Shown: positions 1 through 7,926 of the stretch, in pieces
How positions within the stretch are numbered: position 1 is the first letter of the stretch
How the letters are laid out: every line of letters starts with the position of its first letter
DNA from: Nannocystis pusilla
Lineage (GTDB): Bacteria; Myxococcota_A; Polyangia; Nannocystales; Nannocystaceae
Assembly: GCF_049337375.1 (NCBI RefSeq)
Contig: NZ_JBMPIV010000015.1
Direction: 5' to 3' (one strand)
Length of the DNA: 35,397 nt
Program-made: the position numbers and the translations under genes
The notes under the pieces: generated by a model
Database searches by the model: none
Told to the model about the DNA's origin: nothing
Seen by the model: the letters and a program-made list of their open reading frames with translations, nothing else

Positions 1-22
1 CTGCGCCGGCGGAGAGCGAGAG

Positions 23-62
23 GCGTCTGTTCGACGGCCAGGGCTGGCCGCCGAACAGACGC
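23..62. terminator. GC-rich near-perfect hairpin with 11-bp outer stem and 7-bp inner stem; possible terminator for an upstream gene outside the window, or a REP-like hairpin
   Basis: GCGTCTGTTCG a CGGCCAG gg CTGGCCG c CGAACAGACGC: two nested inverted repeats read directly from the sequence; no clear T-tract follows. Confidence 0.3.
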
Positions 63-250
63 CATTTCACGAGCCGGGCGGCGTGCGTTCGTCGGAGACG
101 ATTGCTCGGGGGGCTCGGGGCGAGACGATGGTGATTCCGGTGACGGTGCTCGGCGTCAGTGCCGTGATTGGCATGATGGGGGCTCGGAGCGGCACTGGTC
201 GCGCGCCCTTTGGGTTGTTTGACGTTCCGGCGAGCTCTATCCTCAGTAGG

Positions 251-847
251 ATGCACTCTGAGGACCATGTTCCTGTCACGCTTGACGAACTCTCTGCAGC
301 CTTTCCTTGGCCAGAGGCTACCGCGCAGGCTTTCCCTGCTGTCGGCCCATCACCCGAACTCGGAGCGGTAGCAGCTGGAGGCTGGTGGGGCCATGCTTTC
401 AACTACAAGGATGCTGCGGATTTTTTGGTCGAGGGTTTGATAACCCAGCGCTTCGAGATGGAATCGATCGGCCCGATTCTCTTCTTATACCGCCACTACA
501 TCGAACTTTCGCTCAAGGCCATGGCGCATCAAGTCGCCACGAGAGATGAGGTAAGGAAGGCGGGTCATGACCTGAAAAGCGTGTGGAAGATCATCTGTGA
601 CGCTTGTGATTATCAACCCAGCGATCCTGAGCTTGCTGGCGTGGCTGCGCTAATCGAGGAGTGGTCGAAGATGGACGCCCTGTCGTTCGCATTTCGTTAC
701 CCGACGACAAAAGCCGGCACCCCCTCTCTTCACCCCGACCTTCCAACATTTGTCAACATCCGCTCGATTGCCCAGAGCATGACGGAGCTCGGCAACGCGT
801 TTTCTGTAATCGACGCCCACATCGACGGCATGATGGCGGAACCATAG
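251..847 (+). CDS. hypothetical protein in a low-GC island (about 54 % GC against about 72 % for flanks); possibly horizontally acquired; start uncertain (ORF opens at 83, ATGs at 173 and 251)
   Basis: Six-frame ORF 83..847; sharp compositional drop begins near position 175; protein is helical and non-repetitive (…FLYRHYIELSLKAMAH…AFRYPTT…); I recognise no family. Confidence 0.5.
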   Translation: MHSEDHVPVTLDELSAAFPWPEATAQAFPAVGPSPELGAVAAGGWWGHAFNYKDAADFLVEGLITQRFEMESIGPILFLYRHYIELSLKAMAHQVATRDEVRKAGHDLKSVWKIICDACDYQPSDPELAGVAALIEEWSKMDALSFAFRYPTTKAGTPSLHPDLPTFVNIRSIAQSMTELGNAFSVIDAHIDGMMAEP

Positions 848-1041
848 CAGTTGGGGACCAGAGCTCGGTGGTTCCGCGTCCGCCGCCTGCTCGGCTTCCA
901 GGGGATGCGTCGGTTCGAGCGCGAGTACACCGAAGCGGGCGACCTGGTCGGCGTCGCCGACATGGAGACTTTGCAGGTCGGCCACGCGCTGACCGTTGAG
1001 GAGCCCACCTGAAGCCGAGCCGGTGTGGTGAAGGCGGTCGT

Positions 1042-1821
1042 CTAGCCGCTGCAGGGGCCGCCCTGGGCGACCCAGCCGTCCTGGCCGCAGACGTAGTACT
1101 GAAAATTCTCGCCGCAGACCTGATGGCCGCATTCGGTCGCATACACGGTGTTGCCGAGGTAGTCCTTGCCGCCGGGGCAGTCGCAGCCGTCGTCGCCGCC
1201 GCAGACGCCGCCCTTGGCGACCCAGCCGTTCGGCTCGCAGGCGTAATACTGGAAGTCTTCGCCGCAGATCTGCTGGTCGCAGGCGGTCGCGTGCACGGGG
1301 TTGCCGAGGTTGTCAGTGCCGTCGGGGCAGTCGCATTCGTCGCCGTCGTCGTCGCCGTCGCCGCAGACGCCGCCCTGGGAGACCCAGCCGTTTTGCCCGC
1401 AGACGTAGTAATGGAAGTCCTCGCCGCAGACCTGGTGGCCGCATTCGGTGGCGTTCACGGTGTTGCCGAGGTAGTCCTTGCCGCCGGGACAATGGCAGCC
1501 GTCGTCGCCGCCGCAGACGCCGCCCTGGGCGACCCAGCCGTCCTGGCCGCAGACGTAGTACTGGAAGTCTTCGCCGCAGACCTGATAGCCGCAGACGTCG
1601 GTGTCCACGGGGTTGCCGAGGTGATCGGTGCCGCCGTCGCACGGACACCCGCCGCCGTCGCGCAGGTCGATCGCGGACGCGTCGGCGCGCGCGGCTGGCT
1701 GGTCGTCGCAGGCCAGCGGCGCGAGCACGGAGGCGCTCAGCAGCAGGGCGGCGCCGAGGCGCGAGGCGGAGAGGAGACGGCGCGAGAGCGAGGCGTGAGG
1801 GCGCGTGAAGGTGATGGACAT
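1042..1821 (-). CDS. secreted lipoprotein made of four tandem ~50-aa cysteine-rich repeats (CxCPGGKDYLGNTVxATECGHQVCGEDFQYYVCGQDGWVAQGGVCGGDDG)
   Basis: Signal peptide plus lipobox (LAPLAC); AAGGAA Shine-Dalgarno 7 nt upstream of ATG at 1819-1821; four near-identical repeats visible in the translation. Confidence 0.8.
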   Translation of the reverse strand: MSITFTRPHASLSRRLLSASRLGAALLLSASVLAPLACDDQPAARADASAIDLRDGGGCPCDGGTDHLGNPVDTDVCGYQVCGEDFQYYVCGQDGWVAQGGVCGGDDGCHCPGGKDYLGNTVNATECGHQVCGEDFHYYVCGQNGWVSQGGVCGDGDDDGDECDCPDGTDNLGNPVHATACDQQICGEDFQYYACEPNGWVAKGGVCGGDDGCDCPGGKDYLGNTVYATECGHQVCGENFQYYVCGQDGWVAQGGPCSG

Positions 1822-2162
1822 GGACGAATTCCTTGGTGGCCGCGCAGGCTCGCGGCGGGGCGCAGGCGGAGGCCGCCGCCGAGCACGACGCTGGCGTGAT
1901 CCGGCCTCCTGCGGGCATGACAGGCGGACGGATCCGTTGTCGCAGCGCGCGGACGAAAAAAATTTGATCGCGCGTCGGCGCGTGGAGCCGGGGCGTGACG
2001 GGGACAGGACGTCTTTCGGCGGTCAGGGCCGGCCGCCGACCGACGCGATTCACGATCCGGGCTGCGTGCGTATGTCGGAGACGAGCGTGTGAGGCTTCTT
2101 CGCGCGAGGAGTCAGGACGGCGACGGAGGTTCGCGTCGGCCGTGCGGTGATTCCGGCGATCG

Positions 2163-2310
2163 GAGCTCGGCGGCGTGAGCCGTTCAGGCGGCCGCGGTCC
2201 AGAGCTCGCGGTCCAAGGCCTCCCATGGGCGGCTCTGGCGATTCGGAGCTCGGCGGCGTTCAGGCGGCCGCGGACCAGAGCTCGCGGCCCAGGGCCTCCC
2301 AGAGGCGGCG
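2163..2310. repeat. tandem ~75-bp direct duplication; copy 2 contains the 3' end and stop of the ferritin-like gene, copy 1 is a degenerate duplicate just downstream
   Basis: ggagctcggcggcgt(gagccg)ttcaggcggccgcgg(t/a)ccagagctcgcgg(t/c)cca(a/g)ggcctccca(t/g)(g/a)ggcggc appears twice. Confidence 0.7.
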
Positions 2311-3330
2311 CGCGAGGTCGGGTGCGGGCAGGCCGGCGCGCCGTTCGAGGGTCTCGTCGAGGATGGGAGGATCGCGGAGAGCGAGGACGGCGCGTGAGCG
2401 GGCCGCGAGGACTCGAGTTCGTTCGTCGGCGCTCAGGCGGGGGGCGAGCCAGGCGTCGACGGCCCAGGCGAGGTCGGCGTGGGCGGCCTCGTCGGCGGCG
2501 ACCTCGGCCATGCAGGCGCGGAGCTCGGGGTCCTCGGCGACTCGCGCCTGGTGGGCGGCGAGCAGGGCGGCCCAGGTCTCGCCGACGCAGCCCTCGACGG
2601 CGTTCTCGAGCGCCAGCTCGACGAGCGAGCGGCTGCGGGCGGGCGCGAGCTCGACGGGGCTGGGGCGGCCGCCGAGGCGCCTGGCGATCGCGCCGAGGAG
2701 GTCGGCGTGGCGGGCCTCGTCGACCGCTGCGCGGAGGGCCGCGGCGATCAGCTCGGCGGGGGCGTGGTGTTCGCGGAGCTCGGCGGCGAGGCGCTCGAAG
2801 GCGGGGACGCTGGCGGCCTCGAGGTGGGCGACTTCGGCGAACCACCGCGCGACGGGATCGTCGCCGCCGCTGCGGCCCTCGGAGCGCAGGCCGGCGGGTC
2901 GCCGGCCGCCCTTGCAGTCGGTCTCGTACTGGCAGCGGATGTCGCTCTTGCTGGCGGGAATGGCGGCGCAACCGAGCACGGTGGTCATTCGCGGGGTGTG
3001 ATCGTCGTCGACGGCGCCGGTGGTCGTCGAGGTGGGGGCGCCGGTGGTGTCGCCGGGGGTCGGGTCGGTGGCCGAGGTGCTCGAGCTCGGGCTGCTCGGC
3101 TCGTCAGGGACAGCCGACGAACGGATCATGGGGCACAGGATCTGGCATTCGGCGAGGGTGAGGTTGCCGTCCTCGATGTAGGGCGCGAGGCGGTTGACGC
3201 CGATCGCAGTGACTTGTTCGCGCGTGCAGGGGTCGTCGGCCCCGCACCCGGACGCGGCGACCCCGGCGAGGATCGAGGCGAAGAGGAGGGGAAGCCGATG
3301 GGCGCCGAGCATGGGTGAGAATTTTAGCAC
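2260..3330 (-). CDS. lipoprotein with C-terminal ferritin-like domain
   Basis: GTG start at 3328-3330 preceded by GGAGGA Shine-Dalgarno at 8 nt; signal peptide plus lipobox (AASGCG); Thr/Ser/Pro-rich linker; C-terminal helical domain with repeated E/H ligand-like motifs (AHLEAASVPAFERLAAELREHH…) typical of the myxobacterial ferritin-like lipoprotein family as I recall it. Confidence 0.75.
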   Translation of the reverse strand: MLKFSPMLGAHRLPLLFASILAGVAASGCGADDPCTREQVTAIGVNRLAPYIEDGNLTLAECQILCPMIRSSAVPDEPSSPSSSTSATDPTPGDTTGAPTSTTTGAVDDDHTPRMTTVLGCAAIPASKSDIRCQYETDCKGGRRPAGLRSEGRSGGDDPVARWFAEVAHLEAASVPAFERLAAELREHHAPAELIAAALRAAVDEARHADLLGAIARRLGGRPSPVELAPARSRSLVELALENAVEGCVGETWAALLAAHQARVAEDPELRACMAEVAADEAAHADLAWAVDAWLAPRLSADERTRVLAARSRAVLALRDPPILDETLERRAGLPAPDLARRLWEALGRELWSAAA

Positions 3331-3420
3331 GTGGCCGATCCTCCGCCGTGCGTGCGAAGGCGGGCAGTCGCTCGGGCGATGTGGTGATTGCGACGGCAGA
3401 GACCGCCGACAGGTGCGCTG

Positions 3421-4179
3421 TCAGAAGCGGCCGGTGAGGCTGACGAGGGCGCCGCGCGGGGTGGGGCTCATGCCGGCGGAGAAGCGGCGGCCGCGATCGT
3501 TGCGGTGGAGCAGCGGGACGAGGACGCCGATGGCGGCGCCGGCGACGGAGCCGAACAGGACGTCGGTCCAGAAGTGCTTGCCGGCCTCGACGCGCAGGAC
3601 GCCGGTGGTGGCGCCGAGGCCGACTGCGAGCAGCCAGGCCGGGACGGCGGCGCGGGCCCGCGGGTGACGCAGGGTGAAGAGGGTGGCCCAGGCGCTCATC
3701 ATGGCGAAGGCGGTCGAGGTGTGACCTGAATAAAAGGACAGGCGCGCCTCCTCGGCCTGGACGTCGCCGAGCTCGCTCTCGGGCTCGTAGCTGTAGGGCC
3801 GCGGGCGGCGGACGGCGTACTTGACGAGGTTGTTGAGGCCGACGTTGACGGCGAGGACCTCGAACAGGACGACCACGTCGCGGGCCCAGCCGGCGGCGGC
3901 GTGACGGTAGGAGCCGGGGGCGCGGCGGCCGGCGAGGAGGGTGTCGGCGAGGTCGGCGACGATCGGAGCGGCGATCGCGGTGTAGAGCAGGGCGTCGGAG
4001 GCGTGGGCGGCCGCGAGGCTCTCGTTGCCGAGGACGCGCCGATCGAGGCCGTTGATGTGGCTGCGATCGCAGGCCTGACAGCCGGACCACCGTATGTCGC
4101 GGGCCGCGAGATCGGTGCCTAGCCACATGACGAGGCCGAGGGCGATGACGGGGACGTCGACGGCCGGCCGCAGGCGCAT
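3421..4179 (-). CDS. PAP2-family phosphatase (six-TM membrane phosphatase); the ORF can be extended 5' to 4551/4575, which would add a signal-peptide-like segment and a Pro-rich linker encoded by the repeat cluster
   Basis: PAP2 motifs KYAVRRPRP, YSGHTS and GKHFWTDV; six predicted TM helices begin at MRLRPAVDVPVIALGLV. Confidence 0.7.
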   Translation of the reverse strand: MRLRPAVDVPVIALGLVMWLGTDLAARDIRWSGCQACDRSHINGLDRRVLGNESLAAAHASDALLYTAIAAPIVADLADTLLAGRRAPGSYRHAAAGWARDVVVLFEVLAVNVGLNNLVKYAVRRPRPYSYEPESELGDVQAEEARLSFYSGHTSTAFAMMSAWATLFTLRHPRARAAVPAWLLAVGLGATTGVLRVEAGKHFWTDVLFGSVAGAAIGVLVPLLHRNDRGRRFSAGMSPTPRGALVSLTGRF

Positions 4180-4255
4180 GAGGTGCGGCGGGAGGGCCGG
4201 CGGCGCGAGCGGGAGCGGCGGATCGGCGGCAGGGGTCGTGCGGGCAGGCGGCGGA

Positions 4256-4450
4256 TATGTCCCTTGGGACATGTCTTCAGGGGCGTTCGACGAGGGCGTG
4301 GGCGGAGCCGGGTCGGATGTCCCTGGGGACAGGTTGTCGGGGGCGGCCGGATCGGCTGTCCCCGAGGATGTGCGGTCGAGAGGGGACGGCGGAACAGGTG
4401 AGGGTGTCCTCTCGGGCATGTCATCCGAGACATGTCCCGAGGGTCCGACC
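4256..4450. repeat. cluster of five copies of the palindromic repeat family (TGTCCCTTGGGACATGTC, TGTCCCTGGGGACAGGTTGTC, GCTGTCCCCGAGGATGTG, GGGTGTCCTCTCGGGCATGTCATCCGAGACATGTCCCGAGGGTCC) in the divergent PAP2/SUKH-gene intergenic region
   Basis: read directly from the sequence; a further half-copy TTTGGGGACAGGTG lies at 4605-4626. Confidence 0.8.
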
Positions 4451-4742
4451 AGCTGCCAGGCGTTCGGTCTGGAAGCGCGCGCCAGCGGGTGGGCGGCCGC
4501 GGGCGGGGCGGCGAGGGCGAGGACCAGGGCCAGAGACAGGCAGCGCGACATGCTCGGTCGGACGAGTATGCCCAATCGCAGGCCGGCGGCGCCGAGATCG
4601 GATGGCTTTGGGGACAGGTGAGTCGCGGGCTCGGCCGGAGGCGCGTCGATCGCGCTGTGTTGGCAGAGGACGTCCGGGTCGAGCCCGATGGACGCCCTGC
4701 TGGCAGAGGACCTCCGGGTCGGGCTACATTGGGCGTCCAGCG

Positions 4743-6062
4743 ATGCAGACCGGGACGTACGCGGAGCTCGAGGCGCGATTGACGGGGTTGGCGACGGCGG
4801 CCGCGGGCGGGGACGCGGAGGCGGCGCGATCGCTGACGCGCGAGCTGGAGGCGCTGGTCGAGGCGCCGGCGTGCCGCGAGGGCTGGCCGCGGCCCGGGAG
4901 CGTGGCGTTCAAAGCGTTCGATGTGTTCCTCGAGGCCGAGGGGGCCGAGCGATCGGCGACGCTGGGCCACCTCGCGGGGCCGTTCCTGCGGGCGATCGCG
5001 GCCCATCCGGAGACCCTCGGGGTGCCGCACGGCTTCCGGCCGGCGGCGACGCTGGGACCGTCGGCGATCCCGCTGCTGGTGGCGCTGCTGGACAGCGGGC
5101 TGCGACGGACGACGCGAGCGGCGATCGATGCGCTCGGCGAGTACAACCCGAACAACGAGGTCGGCTTCAAGCTGGCGGGCGAGGCGGTGAGCCGCTTGCT
5201 GGCGTACGCGGACGGCGAGGCGGTCGCGGCCGGGTTGATGAAGATCGAGTGGAACGACGAGCGGCTGTGGCTGCTGTTCCGCGTGCTGGCGGACGGCAAC
5301 TCGCTGGACCCGGCGAACCGCGGGCCGGCGACCGCGGTGGCGCTGGCGCGGCTGGTGGCGGCGACTGCGAGGATCACGGGTTCGGGGGCGGACAGGCTGC
5401 GAGCGCTGCTGCTGCGGGCGAAGATCATCCCGAAGGCGATGGCGCCGGGGATCGTGCTGGCGAGGTTGCCGAAGCAGCTGCCGCACACTGTGGCGGAGGC
5501 GCTGGCGTTGATGACCGCGTGGGAGCTGAGGCCCGCCGAGGTGGAGGCGAAGGGACCGGCGCGGGAGCGCGAGATCGAGGCGCTGGCGAAGCACGTGAGC
5601 GCCCGGATGCCGCAGGAATTGAGGCAATTGCTGGCGACGCACGCGGCGCTCGGGTCGCGCGACTTCGGGCCGCCGGCGCGCATGCGCCAGCTGTTCCACG
5701 AAATGGTGGGGACGATCGAGGACGACGAGGAGGAGGCCGACGACCCGCCGAGCGGCCGCGGGCGCTACGACGTGCGTGGCTTCGATCCGGCGAAGAAGGC
5801 GATCCCGCTGGGCAGCGATCCGTCCGGCGACCTGTTCTTCCTGGCGACGGGGGCGAAGTCGGAGGCGAACGCGGCGCCGGTGATCCGCTACCGCCACGAT
5901 CAGGCGCTGGTGGCCACGATCGCGGCCGACTCGCTCGGCGAGTACGTGGCGCTGATCCTGGCCCGCGCGTACGCCCGCCGCGAGGGGCTCGAGGCGCAGC
6001 TCGACAAGCTCGAGGGGCGCAAGCGGACGATCGTGTCAGGCTACAAGCCGCCGAAGCGATGA
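4743..6062 (+). CDS. hypothetical protein with C-terminal SMI1/KNR4 (SUKH-1)-like domain
   Basis: ATG at 4743 (M163 of ORF 4257..6062; the upstream part is repeat-encoded junk); C-terminus …AIPLGSDPSGDLFFLATG…PVIRYRHDQALVATIAADSLGEYVALIL matches the SUKH-1 pattern from memory. Confidence 0.6.
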   Translation: MQTGTYAELEARLTGLATAAAGGDAEAARSLTRELEALVEAPACREGWPRPGSVAFKAFDVFLEAEGAERSATLGHLAGPFLRAIAAHPETLGVPHGFRPAATLGPSAIPLLVALLDSGLRRTTRAAIDALGEYNPNNEVGFKLAGEAVSRLLAYADGEAVAAGLMKIEWNDERLWLLFRVLADGNSLDPANRGPATAVALARLVAATARITGSGADRLRALLLRAKIIPKAMAPGIVLARLPKQLPHTVAEALALMTAWELRPAEVEAKGPAREREIEALAKHVSARMPQELRQLLATHAALGSRDFGPPARMRQLFHEMVGTIEDDEEEADDPPSGRGRYDVRGFDPAKKAIPLGSDPSGDLFFLATGAKSEANAAPVIRYRHDQALVATIAADSLGEYVALILARAYARREGLEAQLDKLEGRKRTIVSGYKPPKR

Positions 6063-6256
6063 GCGGCGGACCGGCCGCGAGGGCTCCTGCCCGAGCACGA
6101 ACGATGACTCCCTTCATTCGGGCCCCTCGTCTCGTGGCCGTTTCCACGGGTGCTCGGCCATGCGTTACCAGCGGCGATCCATCCTCGGCACAAGCCCTGG
6201 CAAAGGATGACGGGCGGCACGAGGAGGCGCGCCCACGGCGTCGTGCTGCGGCCGCT

Positions 6257-7483
6257 TCATCGAGGCGATGAGCGAGGGGGACCTGGCCGGTCCACGGTCG
6301 CCACCAGCGTCTCGTGCAGGAGCGCGAGCGCCACGGCGATGCCCACCAAGAACCACGGAATTGCGCCGAGCCCGAGCCGTTGGCCGAGCACACCTGCGAG
6401 GCTGGGCATGACGGCGATGCCCGCGGTCGCGGCGCTCACCTGAAAGCCCACGGCGTGGGCCGCGTGCGACCCCATGCGGCGCGGCGTCTCGGCCATCAGG
6501 ACCGGGTACATGGGGGCCAGGGCGAAGCCGAGGAGCGCGAGGCCGGCGAATGCCACCCCCTGCGGTAGCCCGGGGAGAGCGAACAAGGCCGCGCCGAGCA
6601 CGGCGAGCGCGGTGGCGAGGCGCACGAGGAGCACCGGGCCCACGCGTTCGACGACGAAGCCGAGGACGACGCGGCCGGCCAACAGGCTCGCCCAGTAGAG
6701 GCTGACCCGGGTACCGGCCTGAACTTCGTCGAGCCCCCGCGCCTCGGTGAGCACGGTGAAGGCCCATTGACCCGCGGACATCTCGAGGCCGGCGTACAGC
6801 AAGAAGAACCCGAGCTGCAGCCACATGCGAGGGCGGCGCAGCACGTGGGGCCCGGCGTCTGGCTCGGCGATCGCGGCCGAGGTCGCGGCGTCCGGGGCAC
6901 TGGGGGCGGCGCCTTCGTCCCAGCGCCGGCGGGTGAAGACGAAGGCGACCGCGAGCACGCCGAGCGCTCCGGCGAGGACCGCATATCCCGTGCGCCACCC
7001 GGCCTCGCGCGCGAGGACTGCCGTCATGAGGGCAGGCCCGAGCGCCGCGCCCAAGCTGTAGGCCGCATGAAGCCAGGTCATGTGGCGCGCGCCAAAGTTG
7101 TGCGCGACGTAGGCGTTGAGCGCGGCATCGATCGCGCCGGAGCCGAAGCCCCCGATGCACGCCGCGGCGAGGAAGACGCCGAGGTTCGGCGCCGCAGCGA
7201 ACCCCGCGACCGCCAGCGTGACGATCGCGGTGCTGCCTGCCAGGAGCGCGCCGAGCCCCACGCGACGCATGAGGCTGCCGGCCGCCAGCCCCGAGAGGAA
7301 GTACGAGACCGCCAGAGCGGCCAGCGGCGCGCCGAGTGCCGCCTGGGGCAGCGAGAAGGCGGCGCGCAGCGACGGCCAGGCCACTCCGAGCACCGCGTCG
7401 GGCAGCCCGAGGCTGATAAAGCCGAGGTAGGCGAGCACGAGGAGCGTGGTCAGGTGACGCGAGGAGGCGGTGGGCTCGGGCAT
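6257..7483 (-). CDS. MFS transporter
   Basis: 12-TM pattern; start at M25 of ORF 6257..7555 (MPEPTASSRHLTTLLVLAYLGF…). Confidence 0.8.
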   Translation of the reverse strand: MPEPTASSRHLTTLLVLAYLGFISLGLPDAVLGVAWPSLRAAFSLPQAALGAPLAALAVSYFLSGLAAGSLMRRVGLGALLAGSTAIVTLAVAGFAAAPNLGVFLAAACIGGFGSGAIDAALNAYVAHNFGARHMTWLHAAYSLGAALGPALMTAVLAREAGWRTGYAVLAGALGVLAVAFVFTRRRWDEGAAPSAPDAATSAAIAEPDAGPHVLRRPRMWLQLGFFLLYAGLEMSAGQWAFTVLTEARGLDEVQAGTRVSLYWASLLAGRVVLGFVVERVGPVLLVRLATALAVLGAALFALPGLPQGVAFAGLALLGFALAPMYPVLMAETPRRMGSHAAHAVGFQVSAATAGIAVMPSLAGVLGQRLGLGAIPWFLVGIAVALALLHETLVATVDRPGPPRSSPR

Positions 7484-7926
7484 GAAGGCGAGGCTGCGCG
7501 CGGCTTCCGGGGGCCCCGGCGCCCGCGCTTTAATGGGGGCAGGGCGCGCTCGCACGTGAGCGAGGGGGTCGAGGGCGCCTGCGCGCTCTCAGCCGGGGGC
7601 CGGCTCTCCGTCCGCTGCGGGGGCGCAGATCCCGAAGTCGCCTGCGCAGGTGCCCGCTCGCCTCGGCTCGGCGTCCCTCGAAGAGGTGCGCCCACGATGC
7701 GATCCGCGCGGCCGCGCTGCCAGGCGACGCCAGGGCCCGTTCACCGACTCGGCCGGCGCGGCTCGGCTCGCCCCGGCGAGATCGCACGACACTCTCGTCA
7801 GACCAGGACGCCGGTGGGCTCCAGCCTCGTCGCAGGGGCTTCACCGACCCGCGCTGAAAACGGCGTCCAGGTCGCCTGCACGTCCCCTGGGCGGCTTGGC
7901 ACGGCCCCTGCTAAGGCCCCATCCGC

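Noticed and set aside
1123-1899. 258-aa plus-strand ORF antisense to the Cys-rich repeat lipoprotein
   Set aside because: It is the mirror image of the four repeats (Ala/Val-rich), with no Shine-Dalgarno sequence. The minus-strand gene has a signal peptide, a lipobox and a strong RBS.
1313-2971. 552-aa minus-strand ORF, extremely Arg/Pro-rich
   Set aside because: Frame-shadow artefact of high GC. It overlaps the repeat lipoprotein and ferritin-like genes and has low-complexity composition. Similar ORFs rejected on the same grounds include 2175..3161, 4119..5897, 4688..6271, 6165..7160, 13126..14985, 15037..16305, 19688..23452 (1254 aa), 20854..22803, 25880..27646 and 31077..33086.
3725-3748. 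AATAAAAGGACAGGCG resembling the A/T-rich flank plus core of the repeat family
   Set aside because: On the minus strand it encodes the conserved PAP2 catalytic motif S-F-Y-S-G-H, so it is ancestral coding sequence. Chance similarity.
4180-4575. Signal-peptide-like N-terminus (MSRCLSLALVLALAAPPAAA) on the long version of the PAP2 ORF
   Set aside because: Not fully rejected. Ala/Leu-rich pseudo-signals arise easily at this GC. The PAP2 fold is complete from the internal Met at 4179. The extra 130 aa is almost entirely repeat-element sequence. The short form is preferred and the long form kept as an alternative.
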